From contig OZ243037.1 of assembly GCA_965212015.1 (NCBI GenBank), positions 160,001 through 224,000 on the forward strand: a stretch of 64,000 bases of DNA. The letters are read 5' to 3'. Position 1 is the stretch's first letter, and every line of letters begins with the position of its first letter. Positions 18,435-27,140 of this stretch are shown piece by piece. Below the pieces are notes generated by a model. That model had not been told where the DNA came from and searched no databases. It worked only from the letters and a program-made list of their open reading frames with translations. The position numbers and the translations under genes were made by a program. This stretch comes from Cenarchaeum sp. (lineage in GTDB: Archaea; Thermoproteota; Nitrososphaeria; Nitrososphaerales; Nitrosopumilaceae).

Positions 18435-18580
18435 TGGGGCCGACCGGAATTGAACCGGCGACCTACGGGTCACTGCAGCTCCAAACTTACATCATCTTTA
18501 CATCAGTTAGCTTAGCTTGACCTCTGGAGCCCTTAGCGGTGATTGCGCACTGTCGCCCTACCAGGCTAGGCTACGACCCC
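18435..18580 (-). tRNA. trnW: tRNA-Trp(CCA) with two introns (18533-18551 at position 28/29; 18471-18523 at 37/38)
   Basis: Minus strand GGGGTCGTAGCCTAGCCTGGTAGGGCGAC[19 nt]GGGCTCCAG[53 nt]ACCCGTAGGTCGCCGGTTCAATTCCGGTCGGCCCCA; removing both inserts gives a complete cloverleaf. Confidence 0.93.
18471..18523 (-). ncRNA. Putative intron-encoded box C/D guide RNA
   Basis: CUGA, AUGAUG and UUUGGAGC (complementary to the anticodon arm GCUCCAGA) within the tRNA-Trp intron. Confidence 0.5.
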
Positions 18581-18664
18581 ACGAATATGCCTGCAAGACA
18601 CCGGAATTTTAAGCTATTTTTATCAAGATTTATTGCCCGTCGGCCCGCCTTTAACGGGACGGCC

Positions 18665-19189
18665 ATGGTAAAAGCGACTCATCTTGCACTTGGGGCCATT
18701 CCTGCGGCGCTGGCAGCCGTCATTGCCGTGCTGCTGCTGACTCAGACTGGCACCGTTCATACGGCAGTAAACCCCGGAGACGAGATCGACATAGAGTATA
18801 CGAGGCACCACATAATGGCGCCGCAGGGCGGGGGCGCGCCGGGCGTGCAAAAGACCGAAATCCTGCTGATTCGTAATGACGGCACGCTGACATACAGGGT
18901 CGCCGGCGGCGAAACTATCCATCCCGACGTTCACGGCAGCATTAATGCGTCTGCCATAAAAAAGCTCACCGCGCTCATAAAGGAGACCGGGTTTATCACC
19001 ATCCCGCCAGAGTCGTTTCCGGTCCTTGACATAGACGAGTACCAGAAATCGACCATAACTGTCACACTCAACGGCGAGAGAAACCAGATACACTGGCCGG
19101 AGCAAAACGCCACAGAAAAATTCGTCGCCCCGATAGTCACGATGGTGCAAGACGAGCTGGACATGATCATACTTGAGCTGGGTGAATAG
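18665..19189 (+). CDS. Hypothetical membrane-anchored protein
   Basis: N-terminal TM helix then globular domain; start ATG 18665. Confidence 0.75.
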   Translation: MVKATHLALGAIPAALAAVIAVLLLTQTGTVHTAVNPGDEIDIEYTRHHIMAPQGGGAPGVQKTEILLIRNDGTLTYRVAGGETIHPDVHGSINASAIKKLTALIKETGFITIPPESFPVLDIDEYQKSTITVTLNGERNQIHWPEQNATEKFVAPIVTMVQDELDMIILELGE

Positions 19190-19219
19190 ATACAAATAGC
19201 GATGGCGGCAATCCACCCC

Positions 19220-20188
19220 ATGATCCCCCTGTCTGGAAGCGCAAGCAACGCAAAAGGGATTGTCGCCGAAAATTCCGAGTCCGGCCCGGTAACGCGCGGA
19301 ACTGCCACCTTAAAGCGCGGCTTTGCCCACATGCTGAAAAACGGGGTGGTGATGGACGTAACAACTGTAGAGCAGGCGCAGATTGCAGAAGAGGCCGGCG
19401 CCGTGTCCGTGATGGTGCTCGACAAGCTTCCCTCCGAGGTCCGCAAGGCCGGCGGTGTTGCCAGGACTGCAAGCATCAGGGTGATTCAGGAGATTATGGA
19501 CTCTGTTACGATTCCGGTAATGGCAAAGTGCCGCATAGGACACGTCTATGAGGCAGAGGTCCTGCAAGAGACGGACGTCGACATGATAGACGAGTCCGAG
19601 GTGCTCACGCCGGCAGACGAGCTGCGCCACATATGGAAGTGGGACTTTACCGCCCCGTTTGTCAACGGCGCGCGCTCCCTTGCAGAGGCGCTCCGGAGAG
19701 TCGAGGAGGGCGCCTCGATGATAAGGACAAAGGGCGAGCCGGGGACGGGAAACGTGGCCGAGGCAATAACGCACATCAAAAAGGTAAACGAGGAGATGAG
19801 GACGATAAAATCAATTTATGACTCTGGATCAGAGCAGGACCTGATCCGGGCGGCCAGGGAGTTTCGCGTGTCATACGACCTGCTAGAGCAGACAGCCAAG
19901 CTTGGACGGCTCCCCGTTGTCAATTTTGCGGCAGGCGGAATCGCAACGCCGGCTGATGCGGCGTACCTGATGTCGCTGGGGTGCGACGGAATATTCGTCG
20001 GCTCTGGGATATTTGACGCCTCTGACGCAAAGGAGAGGGCGCGCGCAACGGTGCTTGCCACCACGTTTTGGAGCGAGCCTGACAAGGTAATGGAGGCCCA
20101 AAAAATGATAGACGAGAGGCACTCGATGCCCGGCCTGGATGCAGACGCGCTGGAGCTTCGGATGCAGGAGCGCGGGGGCGCGGCATGA
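19220..20188 (+). CDS. pdxS: Pyridoxal 5'-phosphate synthase lyase subunit
   Basis: [43 protein letters not shown]; alternative ATG at 19202. Confidence 0.96.
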   Translation: MIPLSGSASNAKGIVAENSESGPVTRGTATLKRGFAHMLKNGVVMDVTTVEQAQIAEEAGAVSVMVLDKLPSEVRKAGGVARTASIRVIQEIMDSVTIPVMAKCRIGHVYEAEVLQETDVDMIDESEVLTPADELRHIWKWDFTAPFVNGARSLAEALRRVEEGASMIRTKGEPGTGNVAEAITHIKKVNEEMRTIKSIYDSGSEQDLIRAAREFRVSYDLLEQTAKLGRLPVVNFAAGGIATPADAAYLMSLGCDGIFVGSGIFDASDAKERARATVLATTFWSEPDKVMEAQKMIDERHSMPGLDADALELRMQERGGAA

Positions 20189-20790
20189 GCCTGCAGATAG
20201 GCGTGCTGTCCGTGCAGGGTGACGTGGCAGAAAACATGATAATGATGCAGGGCGCGCTAGAGGCGGCTGGCCGGCCAGGCGGGGTGGCAGCAGTAAGGAC
20301 GCCATCTGAGATTGACGGCATAGACGGGCTGATAATCCCCGGCGGGGAGAGCACGATGATCGGGCAGATGTCCCTGGTCAACGGGGCGCTCAAAAAAATC
20401 AGGGAAAAGGCGCAGGCCGGAATGCCGGTGCTTGGAATATGCGCAGGCCTAGTACTGCTATCAAAGCGCACGCGCGACAAGACGGTGGGGCAGACAGATC
20501 AGCCCCTGCTGGACCTGCTTGACGTGCAGGTGGAGCGAAACTCGTTTGGACGGCAAATAGAGTCCTTTGAGGCAGGCCTGTCCCTGGAACCGCTGGGAAT
20601 ACCGCACTTTGAGGGCGTCTTTATTCGCGCGCCGTCGATATCGGACATTGGCCCCGGAGTCCAGACCGTGTCAGAGTTTGACGGCAAAATCGTGGCAGTA
20701 AGGCAGGCAGGCATTGTAGGAGTCGCGTTTCACCCAGAGCTGACAGGTGACCATTCGATACACGGGCATTTTCTTGGCATGATAAAGTGA
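20185..20790 (+). CDS. pdxT: PLP synthase glutaminase subunit
   Basis: PGGEST, GICAG, FIRAP, FHPEL. Confidence 0.96.
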   Translation: MSLQIGVLSVQGDVAENMIMMQGALEAAGRPGGVAAVRTPSEIDGIDGLIIPGGESTMIGQMSLVNGALKKIREKAQAGMPVLGICAGLVLLSKRTRDKTVGQTDQPLLDLLDVQVERNSFGRQIESFEAGLSLEPLGIPHFEGVFIRAPSISDIGPGVQTVSEFDGKIVAVRQAGIVGVAFHPELTGDHSIHGHFLGMIK

Positions 20791-20799
20791 CTGTAAACG

Positions 20800-21459
20800 C
20801 TACTGGCCGACTAGCGACTTTACCGCCGATTCCAGACCGGCGTTTTGGCCAAACGAGACGTCCCTTAGGATTCCCTCCCTGTCCACCAGGATGCTAGACG
20901 GCGTTCCGTTCAGCGCGTACGTCTCAAAGGTCCTCGCCGAATATTCTTTTGACATCATGTGATCCCTCACCCTCCGGATTATCTGGTCCCTGTACTCCTT
21001 GTTCTTTGAGTCAAAGTCGGGAATCTGCGGATAAATGACGTCCATTATCGCAGACTGGCTTGGCTCCCCTGTGGTCCTTACCAGCGCGTCCATTCCGAGC
21101 GGAAACGGAATTTTATAGCCGAGCTTGTCCCCGTCGAGCTTTCCGTACTGGCCAAGCGACTGTAGCGTCTCGCCTATAACTTGGCCTGTCTCTGCCAGCA
21201 TTTTCAGGTTCTCCAGCGTGTTTTTGTCAAAATCCTCAAACGCCGTGGCCACGCCGATCACCCTTACCCCGTCGTCTTTGTACCTGTTATAGATCTCAAT
21301 TGCCTGCGGAATCCCGTACATAAAACACCCCGGGCAGTTTACCTGAAAGACCTCGACTAGAACTATGTGATCCTTTTCCTCGTCCAGATTGGTCGGCATT
21401 CCCTGCACCCATTCTGATATGCTCAGATTGGGCGCCTTTTGGCCGATTGCCGCCGTCAT
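20800..21459 (-). CDS. TlpA/AhpC-like thioredoxin-fold protein
   Basis: FQVNCPGC, GTPS; start ATG 21459. Confidence 0.88.
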   Translation of the reverse strand: MTAAIGQKAPNLSISEWVQGMPTNLDEEKDHIVLVEVFQVNCPGCFMYGIPQAIEIYNRYKDDGVRVIGVATAFEDFDKNTLENLKMLAETGQVIGETLQSLGQYGKLDGDKLGYKIPFPLGMDALVRTTGEPSQSAIMDVIYPQIPDFDSKNKEYRDQIIRRVRDHMMSKEYSARTFETYALNGTPSSILVDREGILRDVSFGQNAGLESAVKSLVGQ

Positions 21460-21541
21460 GCCACTCTTGCCGGATTTTGTATTAAAAAGATAGCTCTGGG
21501 ACAGACTAGGGATAATATATGAGGCGGTAAACCAAAAACCG

Positions 21542-22039
21542 TTGGATCTGCGGCAGGTTGTAACACAGAGGCGCCTCGATACGCTCTCGGAGATGGAGGC
21601 CATGTACGAGCGGGGGGATACGGATTATTTTGTCGGCCTGCTGGGGCACGACGACTATGTAATCAGGACGCGCGCCACGTGCATACTGGTGGATTTTGGG
21701 GGCGAGGACAAGGTGGCACACATTGCGCGCGTGCTAAAAAACGATCCAAGCGAGCTTGTCAGGCACGAGGCGGCGTTCTCGCTGGGGCAGATGTGCTATT
21801 CGAGCTGCGTGCGGCACCTTGAGGAGGCAACGCTGAATGATTCCAGCATGTTTGTCAGGCACGAGGCTGCAATAGCACTCGGCGTGGTGGGAAACGCAGG
21901 CGCAAAGGCGGCGCTAGTCAGGGCGCTAGACGACGCAGAAAAGCCCGTCGTAGAGTCTGCCATAGTGGCGCTATCCAACATTCGGTTCATGGAGACGCTT
22001 GGCAAAAACAAGAAATTCGCAAAGCTGACAGGCGGCTAG
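21542..22039 (+). CDS. HEAT-repeat (PBS lyase/deoxyhypusine hydroxylase-like) protein
   Basis: Two VRHEAA..LG repeats. Confidence 0.85.
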   Translation: MDLRQVVTQRRLDTLSEMEAMYERGDTDYFVGLLGHDDYVIRTRATCILVDFGGEDKVAHIARVLKNDPSELVRHEAAFSLGQMCYSSCVRHLEEATLNDSSMFVRHEAAIALGVVGNAGAKAALVRALDDAEKPVVESAIVALSNIRFMETLGKNKKFAKLTGG

Positions 22040-22272
22040 GCTTGGAGACGTGCAGCCATCTGCCTGTGCAGGATTCGATCATGTGGCAAGGTGCCAGATG
22101 AGGGACCTATCGGCCCGGATCAGACGGACAGTCTTGCCCCGTATGTTCAAAAGGTGATACGCGAATAGCTGGCAAAGGCAAGTGCAACAGGTGCAGCCGT
22201 ATCGGCGGGGAAACCATTACAAGATAATCCCGCCCTGGGAAAAGACAGCAGAGACGTTTGACATAAAATGAG

Positions 22273-22818
22273 CTAGCGCAGCCCCGCAATCTTTTCTGCC
22301 TGCCTGTCGGTAAGCCTGCCTGCATCCTCAAAGTCGAGCTCGGACAATCTGGAGGCCAGATACTCGCCGGAATGATCGTATTTCTCATCGTCTGCAAGCA
22401 CCCGCGATATGAGCTCATCCTTGTCGCCGGAATGATACGTCGGCATGGTGAGTGCAACCACGTGGCACGGGCCGTCTGCGTTGGTGCAGTGGTTCTCTAT
22501 GCCGGAATGCGTGCTGTTGTCCGGACGTATCGCGCACAGGCGAACCCCGTCGGCGGACTCGTACGGGCATTCGTTGAGCAAAAACAGCATGTCGGGGGCC
22601 GCATGGTGCTCTGTCCTTACATCCTCTGCAAGCATGATTCCAAATATTCCGAGCCTTATGTCCGTAGAGTATTCGTGCCTTGATGCGAATTTACAGTCGT
22701 ACTGCAGGTCGCATCCTTCCCTGTCGGGAACCCCCACGCCGATAATTCCCAGATCCTCTGTAAGAATATCGGGGTACAGCAGGACCACTGCGGGTATCAG
22801 CAGCAAAAGCCGGATCAA
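22273..22818 (-). CDS. Hypothetical secreted Cys-rich protein (paralog A)
   Basis: Hydrophobic N-terminus LLYP, 6 Cys, IRLGIF and ECPY motifs shared with the neighbouring gene. Confidence 0.75.
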   Translation of the reverse strand: MIRLLLLIPAVVLLYPDILTEDLGIIGVGVPDREGCDLQYDCKFASRHEYSTDIRLGIFGIMLAEDVRTEHHAAPDMLFLLNECPYESADGVRLCAIRPDNSTHSGIENHCTNADGPCHVVALTMPTYHSGDKDELISRVLADDEKYDHSGEYLASRLSELDFEDAGRLTDRQAEKIAGLR

Positions 22819-23249
22819 CTGTAACGCTCCAGTCCCGTGTTGTACGTGGGCTCAAGGAAGGGCGCAAAAAAACACGGGCCGTAGAATCTGGTGCAAAAGT
22901 TCAGATCCTTCAACGTAAACGTGACATAGTTTGCGCCATACTTGTAGCATATTAGCTCGTGGCGCTTTGCGGCAGACTTGTAGGGGCATTCGTCAAGTAC
23001 GATAATTGCAGTGGATGATACTCCGGACTCGTTCTTTTCAAATTCCTCGAAAACCGGAATGGCAAATATTCCAAGCCTGATCTCCGTTGCCGATGCCGTA
23101 TAGGAGCGGAGCCAGCATACCTCCGACTGCATGGGCGTAGCATCGCATCCCCTCTCGTTGGTAACACTGCCTATGAAAACATCGGAATCCGTCGTAAACG
23201 TGTGGGGATAAAGCAGCACTATTGAGATAGGAAGCAGAATCAGGATCAT
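22815..23249 (-). CDS. Hypothetical secreted Cys-rich protein (paralog B)
   Basis: Same motif set as 22273-22818; start ATG 23249; TTGA overlap. Confidence 0.75.
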   Translation of the reverse strand: MILILLPISIVLLYPHTFTTDSDVFIGSVTNERGCDATPMQSEVCWLRSYTASATEIRLGIFAIPVFEEFEKNESGVSSTAIIVLDECPYKSAAKRHELICYKYGANYVTFTLKDLNFCTRFYGPCFFAPFLEPTYNTGLERYS

Positions 23250-23301
23250 CTTTTTTCCAATGTGGGGATGCGGCGTATTTTGCGTGCGTACGGCCAATTA
23301 A

Positions 23302-26103
23302 CTATCCCCGCTTTTCCAGCTCCGCCAGATACTCGATCACCTTGATGAATTCCTGGTCTGATATGCGTCCTGCCACCCACCAGTCCGCCGCATCTTTCAC
23401 CCATTCGGGGACGTCGGATTTTGCATCCTGCGCTATATAGGATATGATGGAGTCGATTGCCTTTTTTGCATCATCAGAATTGTTGCCTTTTGTGAAAAAC
23501 CCCGCATTGTTTTTTACCCATTCGGGCAGTGCATCATCCGGCGGGATATATCCTCCGGTATCGCCGATGCGGACAGATACCGATCCGCGCTGCGTCAGCG
23601 AGTCTCGGTCCTCGCCCGCATACACCAGTACGGTGTGGTTTCCCGGTATATCCGGTATCCAGGACAGTGCGGCAGATACTGTCCGGTTTGCCGCTATCGT
23701 ACCCGCAATGGAGCTTGCTGCAGAGTTTGCCGGCGCTATCTGGTATACGAACGGCAGCTCTGTGCCGTCCATACTGCGAATCTCTGCTGCAATGTGCACC
23801 ATCTGGTTCTGCTCTAATACGGATACGTCCTCGCCGACAGAGTTTACCGTCCTTATGTCGGATATTACCAGCGAGCCTGTCTGGGGTTTTTCTGTTATGT
23901 TTATCGCATCCTGTACCAAGATGAATCCATGTGCGTGTCTGTTTGCATCACCTACCCTGTAAAAATGCAGGCCCGGTTCGTCTAATGCTGTTGTAAAGGT
24001 ACTGCGCTGTGAATTCCCTGTGACTTTCTTGTAAATCCATCCGGATTGTTGGATGCTTTCGCTATGTACTAGTACATTTTTTTCTGCATCCATGTTCCAT
24101 TGTATGGCATCACCTGCATTTACCATGATGTCTTTTGGAACTAGGCACAATGAACTGGAACAACTCTCATCATTTTTGGAATCCGTAACTATTATCTGAT
24201 TTGTCTCTACAAATTCCACGCCTAGTGCCTTTGTCGGGCAACTCCCAGCCCAAAAGCAAAATCTGGGATGACTATCCCACAGTGTTTCTTTATCATAAGT
24301 TTCAGACGCGCCTCTGATTGTTATGTGCTCTGCACCCCTGAGAAACGGAATCCGTATGGTGATCGTATCAAGAGATGTGATCTCGTCTGTTATTGCAACA
24401 GGTACCCCGTCTACTGTGGGGTCGAAGAGATAAGCGTAATACCGCCTTATGATGTCCTGTGGCAGCGTGATGGTCAGCGATCCCGGCTCCGTGGCAGTCA
24501 TGTTTATCAGCATAAATACGAGATGACTTCCTATCCTGTCTGCACGTGTGTAAAACGTCTCGACTGACTGTATGCTTCCCCCGTCCATGACATACTTTAG
24601 CTCGTCACCAGTGTTTCTTATCTTTATGGTCTGGCCCGACTCTGTGGGCAGCACGTAGGGCGGGGGAAACAGCTTGTTGCCCGTTATCTCTATCGTGTTT
24701 TCGACTCCGGGCTCTAGGTGCGGAGTAAACTGTATGGTGTTGCTGATGGTGCTTTTTACACCGCCGTCGTATTCTATGCTTTTGCCGTTTACCAGCACGG
24801 CAAACTCATCACCCAGCAGGCCGTACGGTATGGTGGCAGCTACAACATGCGCCTCCTTTCCCAGTGGCTTTACTGTGATCTCTAGCTTTTTGTCCTCTGG
24901 CACAAACTCGACACCGCATATCTTGCCGGGCTGTATAGTCGATACCTCGAATTCCCCCCTGTCCGTGTCTATATTAAACAAGTCTGTGGACATTTCGGGG
25001 CCGACGTTTGTAGTCAGGGAAAACACGGATGTCTCATAATCCGCCTTTCCAAAATCCGCCGTGACCCTTGTGTACTTGCAGTATTCTGTCTCTAAATCCG
25101 ACAGGGCTATGTTCCCGGTAGTTCCACGCGCGTTTAGGTTCCCGTTCTGCTCTGCCTTGCCCATTATGGATATGGGGTATTCCAGTGTGATGCTTCCCGG
25201 TTGTTCGTTTTTTATCTGAAAGCGGTACAGCTCAAAATAGGTTATCTCGCCGTCAGTCATCGTATACGGTATGGAATACATGTGGCCGCCTTCGGGTATC
25301 TTTATTATTCCCTCCGTCTTTTCACCGTCCAAATACTTTATGCCAAAGCCATCCGTGAATCTTCCGGAATAGATGCTCTTTACAAAGCCGTGTCCCGCAA
25401 TGCCGGGAAGCTCTTCTATGGGAAGGAGAATACTCAGTGTATTGCTGCGCTTTACGCTCTCAAACGGGGGAATGACGCCCACCCTGTCGTCGGATATGGC
25501 CTCCACGACGTCCAAAAGCGCCCTCATGTTCTGGCTGTTGTATGTGACTTTGCTTGAGAAATCCTGCACGCCGATGTTTATCGCAACGTACACCACGTCT
25601 ATCTCGCCGTTTTCTATCACGTCCCAAAACGGCTCAAAATCATTGAATTTTGAATTTTTCTTGATGTGCTGTATGATGCTTTCGCCGTCACTGCCAGCAT
25701 ATTCGGACACCTTTGCTATTATTACGCCTACAAACCTGTGCTGTAAAATGTCCGGCAATACGGACGCCGGAATCGCAGCCTCTGCCACGTATCCAAAGAC
25801 GGGATGCGATACAACAGTGGCGTTTGCCCCGTAATGGTTTATCAAGAGTGACGCTATGGTCTCTGCGGTGAGCTTTATGGTGCCGGAATCATCGCCTAGC
25901 CTGTGCGGCACTATCATAAAGTTGTGCTCATACATTGCATTTTCATCTATCAGATGGAGTAGCTTGTCTGAGAATCCAAAGTACCTGTCGTCTGATCTTA
26001 TCTGCTCTGACAGAGAGACCTCTTGTGCATGGGCGTAAAGCGGGACTACAAGCATGCATGCTGCCAAAACGAGCAACATGTGTGGATTTTGCATCGAATT
26101 CAC
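23302..26103 (-). CDS. Large multidomain secreted/surface protein with cupredoxin-like module and C-terminal PEWVK repeats
   Basis: Signal peptide AHA; repeated Y.(M)...G.I...PGS(I/L)T(L/I) beta modules; PEWVKNNAG and PEWVKDAADWW..G.ISD.EF tail typical of thaumarchaeal surface proteins. Confidence 0.85.
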   Translation of the reverse strand: MNSMQNPHMLLVLAACMLVVPLYAHAQEVSLSEQIRSDDRYFGFSDKLLHLIDENAMYEHNFMIVPHRLGDDSGTIKLTAETIASLLINHYGANATVVSHPVFGYVAEAAIPASVLPDILQHRFVGVIIAKVSEYAGSDGESIIQHIKKNSKFNDFEPFWDVIENGEIDVVYVAINIGVQDFSSKVTYNSQNMRALLDVVEAISDDRVGVIPPFESVKRSNTLSILLPIEELPGIAGHGFVKSIYSGRFTDGFGIKYLDGEKTEGIIKIPEGGHMYSIPYTMTDGEITYFELYRFQIKNEQPGSITLEYPISIMGKAEQNGNLNARGTTGNIALSDLETEYCKYTRVTADFGKADYETSVFSLTTNVGPEMSTDLFNIDTDRGEFEVSTIQPGKICGVEFVPEDKKLEITVKPLGKEAHVVAATIPYGLLGDEFAVLVNGKSIEYDGGVKSTISNTIQFTPHLEPGVENTIEITGNKLFPPPYVLPTESGQTIKIRNTGDELKYVMDGGSIQSVETFYTRADRIGSHLVFMLINMTATEPGSLTITLPQDIIRRYYAYLFDPTVDGVPVAITDEITSLDTITIRIPFLRGAEHITIRGASETYDKETLWDSHPRFCFWAGSCPTKALGVEFVETNQIIVTDSKNDESCSSSLCLVPKDIMVNAGDAIQWNMDAEKNVLVHSESIQQSGWIYKKVTGNSQRSTFTTALDEPGLHFYRVGDANRHAHGFILVQDAINITEKPQTGSLVISDIRTVNSVGEDVSVLEQNQMVHIAAEIRSMDGTELPFVYQIAPANSAASSIAGTIAANRTVSAALSWIPDIPGNHTVLVYAGEDRDSLTQRGSVSVRIGDTGGYIPPDDALPEWVKNNAGFFTKGNNSDDAKKAIDSIISYIAQDAKSDVPEWVKDAADWWVAGRISDQEFIKVIEYLAELEKRG

Positions 26104-26186
26104 CTGCGAGCCGGTTGGTAATTATGTATTACGCAGGATTCAAAGGCCTGAACTGCCGGTTCCGGGTTGCACGGTGGCAAGCGGCG

Positions 26187-26924
26187 CTAAATCAGGAACT
26201 TTATGGCGTTCTCGCCGTCTTTGGTAAGCTTTAGCCATCTGGTGCGCCCGATCTTTTCCTCCTCTATGAACTTCCAGTGATCCCTGAGCGGCTGTATGAT
26301 GTTCTTGTCCAGGCTTGCAAACCTGGCCTGCGAATAGTTCTCCCTTCTTGCGTCCACCGTGATGAGCTTTTCGCCGTCTGCAAGCTCTGCCATCTTTTTT
26401 TTGGTCAGCCTTTTGCCGTTCTCTTTGATTATCCTCAGCGCATCGATGTGTTTTTGGACCGGCTTTTGTATGTCGTATGACGGCATGTCGATCATGTCTT
26501 TTATCCCCTCTGAGATCTGCCCGCTGAATCCCATGTACTTTTTGGCCTCGACATAAAACGGAAAGATCCTGCGGTCTGCATTGTACATCATGCACGCCAT
26601 CATTCCGGCTATGGCCTGAATCTTTGAGCCCGACGCCAGATTGACATAGATGCTGTTTCCCTCCTCCCTCTGGATTATGTCCTTGATTGACTTTATTATC
26701 ATAAAGAGGTCCAGGCGGTCGTGGTATTCTAGTATGACCTCGATGTTTTGCGCCTTGAGCTGTTTTTTTATCCTGTCCACAAACGGCCTTGCCTTGTCCT
26801 GGGACTGGTTTTCATGTACCATCAGGTATACCTTGTCTGCACGCCGCTGCTTTGCCGGCATGACTATCCTGTCTATCTCAAAGCCGACGGGGGCAATGTG
26901 GACGCGCAGGTTCAGCTTGCTCAT
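26187..26924 (-). CDS. CARF-like Rossmann domain plus wHTH transcriptional regulator (DUF6293/Csa3-like)
   Basis: VHIAPVGFE.DRI, YVNLASGSK (CARF-type motif II), C-terminal wHTH ending GR...LKLT..G. Confidence 0.8.
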   Translation of the reverse strand: MSKLNLRVHIAPVGFEIDRIVMPAKQRRADKVYLMVHENQSQDKARPFVDRIKKQLKAQNIEVILEYHDRLDLFMIIKSIKDIIQREEGNSIYVNLASGSKIQAIAGMMACMMYNADRRIFPFYVEAKKYMGFSGQISEGIKDMIDMPSYDIQKPVQKHIDALRIIKENGKRLTKKKMAELADGEKLITVDARRENYSQARFASLDKNIIQPLRDHWKFIEEEKIGRTRWLKLTKDGENAIKFLI

Positions 26925-26933
26925 AATGGTATC

Positions 26934-26965
26934 TACAGTATGTATACTATTGTAATGCTATATAA
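26934..26965 (-). promoter_or_regulatory. Putative TATA box and palindromic operator of the CARF-wHTH gene
   Basis: AGTAT-GT-ATACT at 26937-26948 within TACAGTA-N7-TATTGTA; TTATATAG on minus strand at 26958-26965. Confidence 0.5.
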
Positions 26966-27140
26966 TAATTGTGCCACAGGTGCGGACTGTATGAGAATAC
27001 CGACGGTGCGAAAAACCCCCAAAGACGAGCAGACAGTGGCCCTTTTTCCGACCATAATACGCGAGTTTGAGTGCGACGAGCCGGCATTTTACGGCTCGGG
27101 CTGACATGAAATCCATGCGTCTGCCGGGAGGGTCTGGGCG

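Noticed and set aside
18435-18600. tRNA-Trp as an integration site
   Set aside because: No duplicated tRNA 3' end or integrase seen; flanking genes are housekeeping or ordinary hypothetical genes
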